From the NCBI GenBank assembly GCA_964016885.1, contig OZ024746.1, forward strand, positions 23,684,001 to 23,748,000: DNA of 64,000 bases, written 5' to 3'. The number at the start of each line of letters is the position of its first letter. The first letter of the stretch is position 1. Shown here in pieces: positions 12,821 through 26,239 of the stretch. Under the pieces are notes generated by a model, which saw nothing but the letters and a program-made list of their open reading frames with translations, ran no database searches and was not told the DNA's origin. Made by a program: the position numbers and the translations under genes. This DNA is from Eledone cirrhosa (taxonomy: Eukaryota).

Positions 12821-14214
12821 AATGTCCTTATCATCAGTAGTATCACTGTCCCTATTTCTACGTCCACTCTCCATGTTGGCACTGGTTTGATGTGATCCAT
12901 TGGAGTCAGTAACAAGAAACTCAGAGTACTGACTCATGCAGACTCAATTTTGACTAAATATTATTCAACTCTAGTTAAAGGCAGAGGCCTAACTAGGGTA
13001 TGGCAAGCATGACATGGGCCACGGGTGTCACTTGAAGTGGGTGGATGTGCCACTTGGACCAGGAACACTTTCTATTAAAGTCAGATAAGCTATTGTTGAA
13101 GAGTGGAAAAAGAAATTTCTTCAGATGTATGATCTGTCTTTGATTAACATGGGTTAGGAGCAATATATTGGCTGGATGTAAACCATTTGTATATATTATT
13201 AGGTCCATAGGTAATTATGGGCACAATTTCACTGCTTACCCTCAGCACTATTTTCTTTAGTTACGCCTCTGTTTAAAGGTATTGATAATTTTATATTTTA
13301 CTGCTTTGTAACTCACACCATAGCAAAGCCATAATCACCTAGATCTATATGTGTGTGTTAGGAAAGACAGCTGTAGAAACTATACCAAACAAAAGATTGA
13401 GAAGATTCTTTAGTTGTGTCAAGGAAATGATAACCTTTCCAGTGCTGGTGCCATGATTTAATGCAGCTAGAACACTCTGTAAAGTGGCTAGTATTAGGAA
13501 GGACACCCAGCCATGCCAAAGTATGGATTGAGAGGACTCTTTAGTTATGTCAATGAAAAGACAACCTCCATTGTGTCGGTGCCATCATAAAATGCACCCA
13601 ATGCTACTCTGTAAAGTGGTTGCTGATGGAAAGAGTATCAAGTTATAGAAATTATGCCAAACTGAAACTTATGTAATGGAGACATGACCCCCCCAGCATG
13701 TATGAGAGGACAGTAGCTCTAATTGGAAGAATGGACATTAAATGATGATGATGATGATGAAAATGAGGATGATGATAATGATGATGATGATGAGAATGAG
13801 GAGGATGTTGATGATGATGATGATGAATATGTTAGTTATTTTCAAAATAATTTAAAATTCATAAGTAGTGTATCTCATTAGAAATATGATAATGAAAGAG
13901 ATAATGATTAACATGGAATATATATACGTATAAGACAAACCTCATTTAAAATAGATTAGTTAATTAATTATTTAATTATTTTACTAGTTACAGTCAGCTG
14001 ACTGCAGCCATACTGCGACACGACCATAAATGGATTTAGCTGATCATTTCATCCCCGGTGTATATTTATTTTAAGTCTGATGCTTATTTTATTAATCTCT
14101 TTTTAATGAACCCCTAAGTTACAGGTCATAAACACAAACATGGGTATATATACGCACACATATGTAATATCTTCATAATCATCATTTTTACGTCCATTAT
14201 TTTACGTCCATTTT

Positions 14215-14400
14215 TCCATCTTCATGGCAGCCTCTAGCCTTCCATCACTTGTGAACACAGCTCTGAGATACTTGAACATCTCTACCTGCTTCAGTGGAAC
14301 TCCATTCACATGTAAAGTGCGCTGAGCAGGCTTCCCAGGGAGGGCGAGTGTCTCACTTTTCGCTGCACTCAGCATCAAACCTATTGAGTGACCATCTTTT
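14215..14400 (-). mobile_element. RTE LINE RT fragment
   Basis: GLMLSAAKSETL...VNGVPLKQVEMFKYLRAVFTSDGRLE. Confidence 0.75.
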
Positions 14401-15070
14401 GAAAAACATATATATATAATATATATATACATATATAGATATATCATCATCATCACTCTTTCACTACCATATTTCTAATGAAAGATATTGCTTAGGATTT
14501 TCAAATAATCTTGAAAATGATCAAGTATTTTGAAGGATTTAGTAATACAACTAACTTGCTCATTATTAAACTGATGTTTGGCAGATAACTCAACAAAGCC
14601 TCTTACATAAAATCATGATAGAAGGTTTTTAGATAAATATAAATACTTTAATATAAACAGTATTGTATTGTAGAATCAGGAACGGTTCCATGTGGTTTTG
14701 GTATAAAAAAGGTTAATTCTAGTTAAAATGTTTACCTTTATATATGTCTTCAGCCCCAAAATGCAACACACACACTAAAAACATTAGTCATCCTGTCTAA
14801 ATCAATCTTTTCAATTACTACCTCAATAATACTACACTTCTTCAGTTTTACTGCCAATGTTCAGTGCTAAGATAGATCAATGAGATTTTGGTCTTTAGCA
14901 TTCTAGTGCCATTTGAAATAGCACTACAAGCTGCTGCTATAAAAAGGTTTTTCTCACATATCCATTACAATTTCCTCCCCTTTTACTTTAAATGACATTT
15001 TAAATTATTTTTCTTTCACTTCTATTCTGGACCAACATAAATTTTGACCAATGTATCTATCTATCTATCC

Positions 15071-15131
<61 letters not shown>

Positions 15132-15133
15132 AG

Positions 15134-15473
15134 CATCATCATCATTTCAGTTTACGTTCGCTTTTTCCCTGCTTGCAAGGGTGGGACGGGAACTGATTCT
15201 GGCTTGATTTCTACAGCTGGATGCCCTTCCTAACACCAACCTCATTTACAGTGAGTGCTGGGTGCTTTTTTGCCATGGCACCTCCACGACCACTTTGCAG
15301 TGGAATGATATGGACCCCAGTCCCTATCATCTCATTTCTACAGCTGAGTAAACTGGAGCAATGTGAAATAAAGTGTCTTGCTCAAGGAAACAACACATCA
15401 CCCGGTCTGAGAATTGAACTCACAACCTTTCGATTGCAAGGCCAATGCTTTAACCACTAAGCCATGTGCCTCC
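15134..15473 (-). mobile_element. SINE B copy
   Basis: Near-identical to the 8401-8744 copy. Confidence 0.9.
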
Positions 15474-15494
15474 ACTATCTATCTCTCTATCTAT

Positions 15495-16530
15495 TCCTCA
15501 CCGGACAACCGGTGTGGGCCCCGTTCGTGAGGCGAGCCTTCCCACGACTCGTCTCGCTGACCGAGATGCAGTCCTGGGTCAAGCAAAGACCGAGGAAAAT
15601 GGGCGACTGGCACATCGAATGTGCTCAGGCGCTCACAGCCCTCTGGCAGGTGGACCCGGCGATCAGTGGAGACTCCACGTCGCCATTCTATAGAGGGTTG
15701 ATCCGCAACAAGTGCGACGACGCGCTCGGTGAAACTCTAGGCGTAGAGGAAGATGAACTGGACAGTCTGTTCGGTAGGACCTTCCGCCCGGGACCGATGG
15801 ACAACTTCCAAAAGTCCCTGGCCTGGCAGTGCTACTGAGGAGCTCTACCAGTTCGAGACAAGCTCTACAGACATGGGAGCCTGGGCAGGGACCCTGCAAA
15901 AAAGATCTGTCCGAGGTGCGTGCGTAACGAAGAAACCGTCACGCACGCATTCATACACTGCCCGGGCGTCACTGACCTGTGGGGCTATGTAGAACGACTA
16001 TTGTCGTGGGTGGGACCAATCCGGTTGACCATCGATCAAACCGCCACCCTCCTTCAAAAACGAAGGAGAGGCGGTTTTCCTTTGTGTGATAGCTATGGCG
16101 AAAGAGGTTGTATGGTGGACAAGGTTGAAAGGGCTGAGGTCAGACACCTTTCTCTCCGGCCAACAACTGATTCTTTTTTTCAAATACCACTTTGGAAGAA
16201 GAATCAGGATGGAGAGAGAGGTGCTGTACCCCAGCAAGTTTTATGAAAGGTGGGTGAAAGTGGCGAGAATGGCCCGAGTGAATGGGCCTTCTCTGTATAT
16301 CAGCCTGTAGGTTGAGGAAAGGAGTACAAACTCTTCGTACTCCTGGAGATGAGGGTTGCACATTTTTTCGGGGGTATGTGTTACCCATATAAACTGTCTC
16401 CCCCTATTGGGGAAAATCGACTAATTTTTTAAATTGCATTTGTGATAACATTTTACACATCTTTATTGTATGTAAACTTCCCCCTTTGTATTTGTCCCCT
16501 TCTTTTGTGCCCCTGTGGCTAATAAAGAAA
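15495..16530 (+). mobile_element. L1/Tx1-clade LINE 3' fragment with zf-RVT zinc knuckle
   Basis: GC-rich island. It translates to MDNFQKSLAWQCY*GALPVRDKLYRHG...CPRCVRNEETVTHAFIHCP...LWGYVE and ends in a 3' UTR with aataaagaaa. Confidence 0.8.
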
Positions 16531-16981
16531 CATATCTACCTACCTACCTACCTACCTATCTATCTATCAATTTATATATACCCCCCCCCCCCCCCCCCCC
16601 TTCTATACAAACATGCTCATACACATATCCAGTGTGCATAATGTTTTATGATAAAATAAGGAGTGACAGAATGAAATATTTAATCAAGGATTATTAGAGT
16701 CAGGAGGCTGGATAGTTTCAATCTTGTTTAAATTCAATTTCTCAATAGCAGCTGAAGGTAGAATGAAATGGTGCTGTGAAAATGAAGTGGTTATTAAATT
16801 AATCATACCTTTTCTTTAATATTGATTTTTTACTTAGTTAGAAAGCCTATGGAGCTATAGAAAAGATGTGGAGGAACACGAGAACATATGATGCCCCTTA
16901 CCACATTCCAAAAGGGAAGGTAAAAGTATTCCATCCCTCATTTCAAAAGGTATTAAAAACACAAATGAAGTACTTATGAAC

Positions 16982-17184
16982 TACAAGGGTTAGCTGAAAA
17001 ATTCATAGGCTGACCAAGATACTCTCATGGAATGACCAAATGAGGTTTATTTTTCAACATTGTCCCTGGAAAGAAACAATGAAGTTATTAATAAGAAGAG
17101 TTGAAATTAATGCATGCAAGATTTCACAGCTCTAGCATCACTCCTCCATAGTCAACCTATGAACTTTTTCATCTGCCTCTCATA
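16982..17184. mobile_element. Tc1/mariner-type MITE (about 200 bp)
   Basis: Degenerate TIR tacaagggttagctgaaaaattcataggctgac ... gtcaacctatgaactttttcatctgcctctcata; sister copies at 36630 and 38027. Confidence 0.7.
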
Positions 17185-17259
17185 AATCAAATCATAAACA
17201 TGGTTTACTTGGTGATAATGCTCCGACAATTGCTACAATACACCATACTGAATTCATAC

Positions 17260-17770
17260 TTCATTTTATTGATCCAGAAAACATGAAATCTAAAGTTGAC
17301 TATGGCGAGATTTGAATTCAAAGCACAGATAGTCAACATAAATACTGCAAGGTATTTTGTTCTACACTTAAAACAATAATCTCTAATTTAGACACAAGGC
17401 CAACAACTTGTGGAGAGGGGATAGCCAATTACATTGACCCTAATGTGTGACTGGTATTTTATTTTATCAACCCTGGAAGGATGAAAGGCAAAGCTGACCT
17501 TTGCAGGATTTTCACTCAGACAGTAAAGGGATGCAACTAAAGGCTGCACTACATTTGACATACAATTCTGCCAATCCACCAGCCACTAGGGTTAAAATAA
17601 TGGCTTCTGATTTAAGCAAATTTGGGGGAGGGGAAAGTTGATTAAATCGGCCCTAGTATGGATGAAAGGCAAAGCTAACCTCAGCGGGATTTGAACTTAG
17701 AATGTAAAAGGCTGTAACTCTATGCTGTAAAGCATGTTGTCTAATGCTCTATCGATACTGCCAATCCACT
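17260..17770 (-). mobile_element. Cluster of old, degenerate SINE A copies
   Basis: Repeated atgaaaggcaaagc...gatttgaac motifs. Confidence 0.65.
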
Positions 17771-18084
17771 GTCCTCACCATGGTTAAAATAATATAACCA
17801 AAGATTAACAAAGATTAACAAAATAAAATATGCCATAAATAAAACAGCTGTGTACATAATTTAGTATATATACATCATACCACTGTATGTTGTTTGAGGT
17901 GACTAAAAGGTAAACATTTTAACTAGAATTAACCTTTTTGATACCAAACCACATGGAACTGTGCCTGGTTCTACAATACAAAACTGTTTATATTAAAGTA
18001 TTTATATAGTTGTCCTTGGTCTTCCTATACTGCAGCTTTCTTCCACTGAGATTACTTGGCACTTCTTCACTCAGTGATTATAAT

Positions 18085-18386
18085 CCATGCACATCACATG
18101 CCTTTACCAATGAAGTACTTCTGATATCTCTTATGCCCAGTTCCTCCTTCAGTTCATCCATGTTTTGTCATTCTCACACATCAGCATTGCACATCCATTG
18201 AAGCATGCTTGCCTCATTCCTATCCCCCCTCAGCATATCCTCTGCAGTCACTGCCCATATTTCACTACCATGCAGCATGGCACTTTGCACACAGGTGTCA
18301 TACAGCTGACCTTTCATTCATAGGGAGAAACCTTTTATTGTTAGCAGGAGTAGCAGTTCCCTAAACTTCTTCCATCCTGTCCCTAC
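18085..18386 (-). mobile_element. RTE LINE C-terminal fragment
   Basis: Homologous to the 47470 ORF ([19 protein letters not shown]...MLHGSEIW...NEASML). Confidence 0.8.
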
Positions 18387-18805
18387 ATGTTAATTTACAA
18401 GCAAGACTGTATCATTAATCAAACAACTGAAACACTCATCATGAGTACCTTTTTGATTTCCATGTGTCTAACACACGTGGACATGCCCACAAAGTCAGAA
18501 AACAGCACAGTTCCCATGACTTTCGGAAACATTTTTTCACGCTCAGAGTTGTTGAAGCATGGAACAAACTACCTGCATCAGTTGTTAGCTGTTGAGACAC
18601 TGCATCCTTTAAGGCCTCCATGCTTCCCGAGATCCGCCAACACTACAGCTAATGTTCCCCCTCCATACACATACACACATGTATACCATGACTCATACAC
18701 TATTCACTTCCCTGACATTTGTGTATTATTCTATGTACTATACATACACCTTTGACGAGTTGTAGTGCACCTGAGCACTTTACACAATAATTTCATTATT
18801 ATTAT
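18387..18805 (+). mobile_element. CR1-clade LINE 3' end
   Basis: SNTRGHAHKVRKQHSSHDFRKHFFTLRVVEAWNKLPASVV is the canonical CR1 C-terminus; the element ends in an (att)n tail. Confidence 0.85.
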
Positions 18806-19499
18806 TCTTAAAACTGACTGAGGTCCATTGTTTCCATACCTTTTTGTTTGTTATTGAACATTTGAGCTGGCAGCAGAAGTTACATTACTTATTGGCAAAT
18901 ACAGAATTACAAATGTAAGATAATTTATGCCAATCTCTATTAATTGCTTTCTTTGGCTGTCATTGCCTATAAAATAAAACATTGGCAATGTCCCCAAACT
19001 TATTGTAGGTGAATAACTTAAACTTAACTGTGATGTGAAGTATTTCAACTTACAACAGTTCATGCTTTATGATCACGTGAGGATTCTTTTGAGCTACAGT
19101 TATGAATTCATTTACTATATCTTTATTTTTATTCCCATATTTATTACAACTCTGCCTTCCCTCCATCTCTTCATCCTCCATCCCCACCAATGTTTCACCC
19201 AGTGCTGCTGCCGCCATTATAAAAAGGCACAGAGCCCACACTGTAAGTCAGTGGTGCTGGTGCCATGACAATAGACACCCAGTCCGTTCTGTAAAGTGCT
19301 AGTGCCAGAATAGTGCCAAGATGTTCCCAGTACACTCTGTTAAAGGGTTGGCATTAGGAAGGTCACCTTAGTATTTGGAAGGTCATCCAGCTGTAGAAAC
19401 CAAACCAAAAAAATGGAGTATATGAGCAAGGTATGGTCACCTGACTAGTTAAGCCTCGGTATATGAGAATCCATCTAACCCATGCAATCATGGAAAATA

Positions 19500-19580
19500 G
19501 ATGGTGACGTTGATGATGATGATGATGAAGATAGTGGTTGTGGTGGTGGTGGTGGTGGTAATGATGATGATGAGGACGAC

Positions 19581-19640
<60 letters not shown>

Positions 19641-19688
19641 GATAGTGGTTGTGGTGGTGGTGGTGGTAATGATGATGATGAGGACGAC

Positions 19689-19731
<43 letters not shown>

Positions 19732-19793
19732 GTGATGATGAAGATAGTGGTTGTGGTGGTGGTGGTGGTGGTAATGATGATGATGAGGACGAC

Positions 19794-19841
<48 letters not shown>

Positions 19842-20045
19842 GATAGCGGTTGTGGTGGTAATGATGATGACAATGATGATGGTGATGATGATGATGGCGA
19901 TGATGATGGTGATGATGATGGTGATGATGATGGTGATGATGATGAGGATGAGGATGGTGGTGGTGATGATAATGATGGTAATGATGATGGTGGTGGTAAT
20001 GATGAGGACGATGATGATGGTGATGATGATGATGATGATAATGAC
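19500..20045. repeat. Higher-order (GAT)n/(GGT)n compound repeat
   Basis: A ~100-110-bp unit (gaagatagtggttgt(ggt)n aat...gaggacgac(gat)n) occurs three times, followed by a degenerate fourth. Confidence 0.9.
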
Positions 20046-20111
20046 ATATATATATATATATATATATACATACATATATACTTGCATATGCGTATACATA
20101 TATGTATACTT

Positions 20112-20145
<34 letters not shown>

Positions 20146-20191
20146 TGACTGAAAACATTTTGTTTCATGTGTAGCCATGAGGAGGTATATG

Positions 20192-20697
20192 GTATATAAA
20201 AAGGTGCAGAGCACTAGAAGTCAATGGAAACCGCGGAGTGGGGAGACCCAAGAAGACCTGGGATGAGGTGATAGGGGCTGACCTTACCCAATTACACCTC
20301 TCAAAGGCGATGACACACGACCGTGACATCTGGCGTCACGCAGTAATACAGAGTACCCGACCTCCCATGGGTACAAGCTGAAGCATATAGACAATATGCC
20401 GCCACACCCTCCCACTGCAAGGTGGTCGTGGAGGTGCCACGGCAAAAGAGCACCCAGCCCACACTGTAAAGTGGACGTGTAGGCGCCACGGAAAAAAAAG
20501 CACCCAGTACTCACTGTAAATGAGGTTGGTGTTAGGAAGGGCATCCAGCTGTAGAAATCAAGCCAGAATCAGTTCCTGTATGAGCAAGGCATGGTCACCT
20601 GACCCGGACACTGCCCACAACAGGACAACCCGTCTAACCCATGCTAGCATGGAAGAACGGACGTAAAACGGTGATGATGATGATGATGATGATGATC
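20192..20697 (+). mobile_element. RTE LINE 3' end with long 3' UTR
   Basis: IKRCRALEVNGNRGVGRPKKTWDEVIGADLTQLHLSKAMTHDRDIWRHAVIQSTRPPMGTS*, then a UTR containing the SINE-B body, a ccatgctagcatgg tail and (gat)n. Confidence 0.85.
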
Positions 20698-21010
20698 GAT
20701 GTAGAGTAGAGAGGATGGTAGGTGAGGTTTGAACTCGTGAGTGCATGGCATGGCATGGCATGTTCTTGTTTACCAGTTTCTTTAGATTAGAATCAGTTCC
20801 ACAACAAGCTATGGATGTGTTACACAAACAAGAAATCCTTTTTGTCATGGAGAGAGAGAGAGGGGGGGGAGGCAGAGGGGGGAAGGAGGAGGTAAGAGGT
20901 GACAGAGAAGAATGCGTGGGAGTGAGACAGAGAGAAAAGAGCGTGGGAGGGAATTGAATGACAGGAGGCAAAGATAGATGTAGGATGAGATACACACACA
21001 TATATGTACA

Positions 21011-21070
<60 letters not shown>

Positions 21071-21123
21071 AAGGTGTGTGAGGAGCAGTGGGAAAATAAC
21101 AGATGACAGGGAAACAGAGTGAG

Positions 21124-21124
<1 letters not shown>

Positions 21125-21200
<76 letters not shown>

Positions 21201-21400
21201 GAAAGAGAGAGAGAGAAAAAAAAGAGAGAGAAAGAGAGAAAGGTATAGAAAGTGATAATGTAAGGGATGGAAAGATAGATATCTAGAAAGAAACTAAAGA
21301 CAGAAAGAATAAGGGAGAGAAGAAGAAGAAGAAGAAGAAGAAGAAGAAGAAGAAGAACAACAACAACAACAACAACAGCAGCAGCAGCAGGAGCAGCAGC
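21125..21400. repeat. (GA)n, (GAA)n, (CAA)n and (CAG)n microsatellites
   Basis: Direct reading. Confidence 0.9.
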
Positions 21401-21898
21401 GAGATTAAAAAATTAATGATAAAAAAATTGAAAAAAATTGGAAGACAAATGACTTGTAGCTATGAAGAAGATTTATCATTGTAATGAGAATGTTGAGTAG
21501 AAAGACGACAACAACAACAACAACAAGAATAACAAGAAGACAAACGATAAATATCAGAAATATTGATTTAAAAAAGATATGATGATGACTATCTGTGAAA
21601 TTCAATTTCTACAGATAGAGTTTTATTATTTGTAAGAGAAGCAGACGTTTGTCGTTACTGCTGCTAGCTCGTGACTTACTAACATACTTTGTAAATAAAA
21701 TATTTCGAGAAAATAAATACATTGACATTTATTTTTAGTAGTTCCTTCAAATTTCTCCTTCTTTGGGATCTCATTCTGCTCTAACAACCCCTCCTTTCAT
21801 TCTCTATTCTTCCCCCTCACTTTCTCATCCATTTGTTTTGTTTTACTCTCCCTGTTTGCCTACCTGTCTTTCTTTCTTTCGTTCTTTCGTTCTTTCGT

Positions 21899-21930
<32 letters not shown>

Positions 21931-22704
21931 ACCTTCATTCTTCCGCCCCCTCCCTTTTTTTGAAACCCTTCTTTTTATATTTTTCTGTTTTCCATTCTTT
22001 CATTTTTCTATTTATTCTTTCCATATATCTTCTTCCATCTTCTCTATTCTATACTCTCTTCAATTATACCCCCCCCCCCCCCCTCACACTCTCTGTTTCA
22101 CTCAATCCCATACTTTTTTTCCATTTTACTCCCACCCCCACCCCAACACCACTCTCTTATTTCCTTTATACCCCCCCATCCCACCCCACAATTTTCCACC
22201 TCAACCTAACCCTCACTCTCTCTTTCATGACAGAATCACTGTGAAACAATTCACTTTAATATCAATATAACATCAATAAAACATTTTTTTTGTTTTCAAA
22301 AGACAAAATAAAATTACAGAATCTTACAATATTTTCAATGATTTCAAACAGATAAATATCCATCAATTTTTAAACTTATATTTCATATTCATATTTTGTT
22401 TTCTAATGTTTCCTTCACTTTGATCTTATACATGAGAATATATATGATTAGGATGCTGACTCTTCCAGAAGAATGACTATTACAGATTAGGATAGCCATA
22501 GGGCCTAGCTATTTTCTGTTTAGAGCTTCCTACATTGGCCCATACAGAGATGGTAATAAGTCTGGGCCAGATGTAAAATGTTGTCCCCAAAAGTTGGTTA
22601 TAGGCAGTGGCAGACTGGCCAGGTTGCCAGGTTGCCGAGAGAGGGTACATGTAATCCGTTTCAGTTTTTATTTTACATCCCATAGAAAAAAACTGAAAAG
22701 GTTA

Positions 22705-22790
22705 ACCGGGAACCCTACTTCCTACCAGGATCGAACTTCAGACCAGAATCACCACTGCCTATGATTCCTCCAACTAGGCCACGGAGGCAA
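22705..22790 (-). mobile_element. tRNA-like head of another SINE-like repeat
   Basis: Minus strand has gcctccgtggcctagttgg (A box) ... gttcgatcc (B box); no complete cloverleaf. Confidence 0.4.
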
Positions 22791-23042
22791 CTACAAGAGT
22801 ATAATGAAAATTAATAATTATAAACCTACTTTCAAAATCAAAGTTAAACATATGTGATGTCGTTCATGGCTTTCCTAGTCATATTTAGAGTTGACTTGTC
22901 AATCTTCTGGCTCTTTGGAAACAACCTTATTATTCCTATGTGTGTTTAACTGTTGAATTAATTTAATTTGATTACTTTAACAAACAAATAATATATATAT
23001 ATATATATATACTTTAACAAACAAATAATATATATATATATC

Positions 23043-23553
23043 ATCATCATCATCATCATCAACGTTTAACGTCCGTGTTCCACGCTTGCATGGGTTTGGA
23101 CGGGGGTTTTCCCACTTGAGGCAAGAGTGATTGTCTTGCTCACATAGGACTGTCTGGCAGGTTTTCTACAGTTGGATGCCCTTCCTAACACCAACCACAT
23201 TTACAGTGTGGGTCTGGGAGGTTTTTACCGTGTTGCCTACACGGCCACATTACAGCGTGGACTGTGTGTTTTTTTGTCGTGACACCTACACGATCTCATT
23301 TGTTTCGGCCTGGATGGTGTGGCACCAACATAACTTTACATAGAAGGGGGCGGTGTGGATGGGGTGGGGGTGGTGGGACGGGGGTGTATTTTGTTAGAGA
23401 TGCCTACTGACTGTAGTAGGTTTTACTTTGTATTTAGGTAAGGCGGGTCTTCTCTATTACTGAGTACCGCCAAAGGTCTCGGTCCAGTGACATTGTCTTG
23501 GTGAGGTGTAAGTGTGTGAGGTCGGAGTTTATCAGCTCGTCCCAGGTTTTTCT
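23043..23553 (-). mobile_element. Third RTE LINE 3' end with long 3' UTR
   Basis: RKTWDELINSDLTHLHLTKTMSLDRDLWRYSVIEKTRLT*, then the ttaggaagggcatcc module and a ccatgcaagcgtgg...ggacg tail. Confidence 0.8.
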
Positions 23554-23685
23554 AGTAATAATAATAAATTTGAAGACTAAAATCCAAAGAGGGCTCGATA
23601 AGGATAAATATATATCAAATATATAAGAACCGTAGAGCAAATATATATATAATATTATGCTTAAACTTTAATCTGTTATTTTAAT

Positions 23686-23805
23686 AATAGGGATACATGA
23701 TATGAAGGTTAAAAAACACTTGTGAATAGTGAAGTTTTAAATCAACATATATAAAACTTCACTATTCACAAGTGTTTTTTAACCTTCATATCACGTATCC
23801 CTATT
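23686..23805. repeat. 54-bp inverted repeat (fold-back) with 12-nt spacer
   Basis: Arms 23686-23739 and 23752-23805, one mismatch. Confidence 0.92.
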
Positions 23806-23872
23806 TTATCTGACGAAAACGCAAATGTCATCTCATGATGATATTTGTTTTTGAAATGCGCATAATAAAATA
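23802..23872 (+). ncRNA. Minimal type-I hammerhead ribozyme (Penelope-like)
   Basis: tattttat-CTGACGA-long stem II (caaatgtcatc/gatgatatttg)-GAAA-tgcgca-TA-ataaaata; perfect 8-bp stem I and palindromic stem III (ATGCGCAT). Confidence 0.8.
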
Positions 23873-23924
23873 CATGGAACTCTTTTAACCATCTTTTGAT
23901 CTTATATTATATATATATATAAAG

Positions 23925-24110
23925 GCGGTGGATTGGGAGTATCGGTAGAGGGTCGGACGCCATGCTTTCCAGCATAGTTACGTCCCTTTATGATCTGAGT
24001 TCAAATCCCGCCGAGGTTGACTTTGCCTTTCATCCTTACGGGGTCGATAAAATAAAGTACCAGTAATGCACTGGGTGATTGCTGGCCTTGTGCCTAAAGT
24101 AGAAACAATT
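23925..24110 (+). mobile_element. SINE A copy
   Basis: Full-length match to family A. Confidence 0.88.
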
Positions 24111-24369
24111 ATATATATATATATTGAGTGAGTGTGAAAGACCAACGATCTTTATTGAAAGTCTCTGGATTTCGCAAAATACATATTTTTTATTGGAGAA
24201 GGTAAGATATTTTTCCGCAAAAGTTTTTTTGCACTGTTTTGTTTCCACTAATGTATTTTTTGAAAATGTTATTTATTCATTATAAAAATTAAATGATAGC
24301 ATTCTATATGTAGGTGCCCCCCCCCTTCATCTCCTGGCAACCAATATTTTTAGACCCAGTTCGCCACTG

Positions 24370-24745
24370 TTTATAGGTCCAGGCCAAATATAAAATTAGG
24401 TAATAGACACAGGTCAGATACCAGATATAGGACCAGACCTCAAAGCTGTAAACCGGCCCAGGCCAAATGCAAAATGTTAGCACCCAAAGTTGGCAATAGG
24501 CCCAAATTAGATGTAAAATATACCCATCCCTGCTGGGGATAGACCCAAATCAGGTGTAAAATGTAGCCCCCAAAGTTGGTAGTAGGCCCAGGTTAAATGG
24601 AAAATGTACCCATCCCTAAGCTGGTAATAGCCCCCCAATCAGATGCAAAATGTAGTGCTCAAAGCTGGTAACAGGCCCAAGCTAAATGTAAAATGTAGGT
24701 TCACTCCAAAACTAGGGTAGGCCCTGGCCAGATGTAAAATGTAGA
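24370..24745. repeat. Degenerate ~42-bp minisatellite
   Basis: Units resemble aaagttggtaataggcccagccagatgtaaaatgtag; related short runs at about 22530-22610 and 37290-37445 (minus). Confidence 0.7.
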
Positions 24746-24928
24746 CAATATTTCAAACTACTTATGTATTTTAGTAATCAGTGGTAGGTACATATGTCTT
24801 ATGTGTGGTTTATGGGTATATATAATGTACATGATATATTTAGAAGCACAAAGATAAAAGAACTATAATTTGAAGAAAGTCGACTCCTCATAGTCCGTGC
24901 TGAGTGGCCGACATGCTTTATCTCTAGT

Positions 24929-25462
24929 ATGACCTGGCCCATCTCTGGTGTGACATATCACATCTCTAGTCTAACCTGTCATATCTCTGGTGTGACATGT
25001 CACATCTCTGGTCTGATCTGTCACATCTTTGGTCTTGATCTGTCCCATCTCTGGTCTGACCTGTTCCATTTCTGGTCTGACCTGCCACATCTCTGGTCTG
25101 ACCTGTTTCTTTTCTGGTCTGTCCTGTCCCATCTCTGGCCTGACCTGTCCCATCTCTGGCCTGACCTGCCATATCTCTGGTCTGACCTTTCCCATCTCTG
25201 GTCTGACCTGTCTCATCTCTGGTCTGACCTTTCCCATCTCTGGTATGTCCTGTCCCATCTCTGGCCTGACCTGTCACATCTCTGGTCTGACCTGCCACAT
25301 CTCTGGTCTGACCTTTCCCATCTCTGGTCTGACCTGTCTCATCTCTGATCTGACCTGTCACATCTCTGGTCTGACCTGTCCCATCTCTGATCTGACCTGT
25401 CACATCTCTGGTCTGACCTGCCATATCTCTGGTATGACCTGTCACATCTCTGGTAGACCTGT
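24929..25462. repeat. 21-bp minisatellite, about 25 units
   Basis: Consensus ctctggtctgacctgtc(c/a)cat. Confidence 0.95.
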
Positions 25463-26239
25463 CCCTTATATACACAATGTTGCAGTCTCGGTCACACACT
25501 CTGTATTTATACAGATATAAATTTATCATTAAAGTAAAGATTATATTTTTTAAATGTAATGTAGTCAAGGTGCTGTACTGTATTTTTCAAAACAAGTCTT
25601 GATAACATGGTTTCATGTTGTAGCAGACGTTAAGAGTTAAGAGTTAAATCAATTCTTCCCATGGGTAAAAGAAAATTTGATAAAATTATTAGTTATTTAG
25701 GAAGCAAGGGAAAGATATATTTCTCTCAGTTGCGTAAACATCTTGAAAGGAAATGAAATTGGAACAACTCCAGCACAATGTAACACTTTCTCATACTGAT
25801 AAACTGTATCATCATCATCATCATCATCATCATCGTTGTCTTCATTATCGTCGTCATTATCATCATCACCATCATCATCATCATCATCATCATTTCCATC
25901 GGGTGTTTTAACCATTTAACATTTAAACCGGCTATACCTGGCCAGAATTCTCTCACCTCTTTCTGTTCAAACTGGCTGTAACTTCAACTCATACTGATGT
26001 TAAGGTATTGTTCTCAAAATAAATAATATCAAAAATCATAGATTAGATATTGTGAGATAATTATGTGAGTTAAAGCTTTTACCATAAAGATATAACAGTG
26101 AATGGAGAATAATCTAAATGCTAAAGGGTTAAAGAAAGGGTCTTCAGTCCTACTATGTTGTTATAGCACACACCTATGAAGGTTTAGCTGTCTTCATATG
26201 AAGTTGTATTTCATAGGTTTTTTTGGTATTTTAATGATA

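Noticed and set aside
19475-20174. Asp/Gly-rich ORF resembling an acidic biomineralisation protein
   Set aside because: It is a (GAT)n expansion growing from an RTE-type tail (ccatgcaatcatgg...gacgttgatgat). It is open in several frames and has no signal peptide or splice support.
24929-25462. Possible CRISPR array or repeat protein
   Set aside because: Contiguous 21-bp units with no unique spacers, no cas genes, and a eukaryotic context
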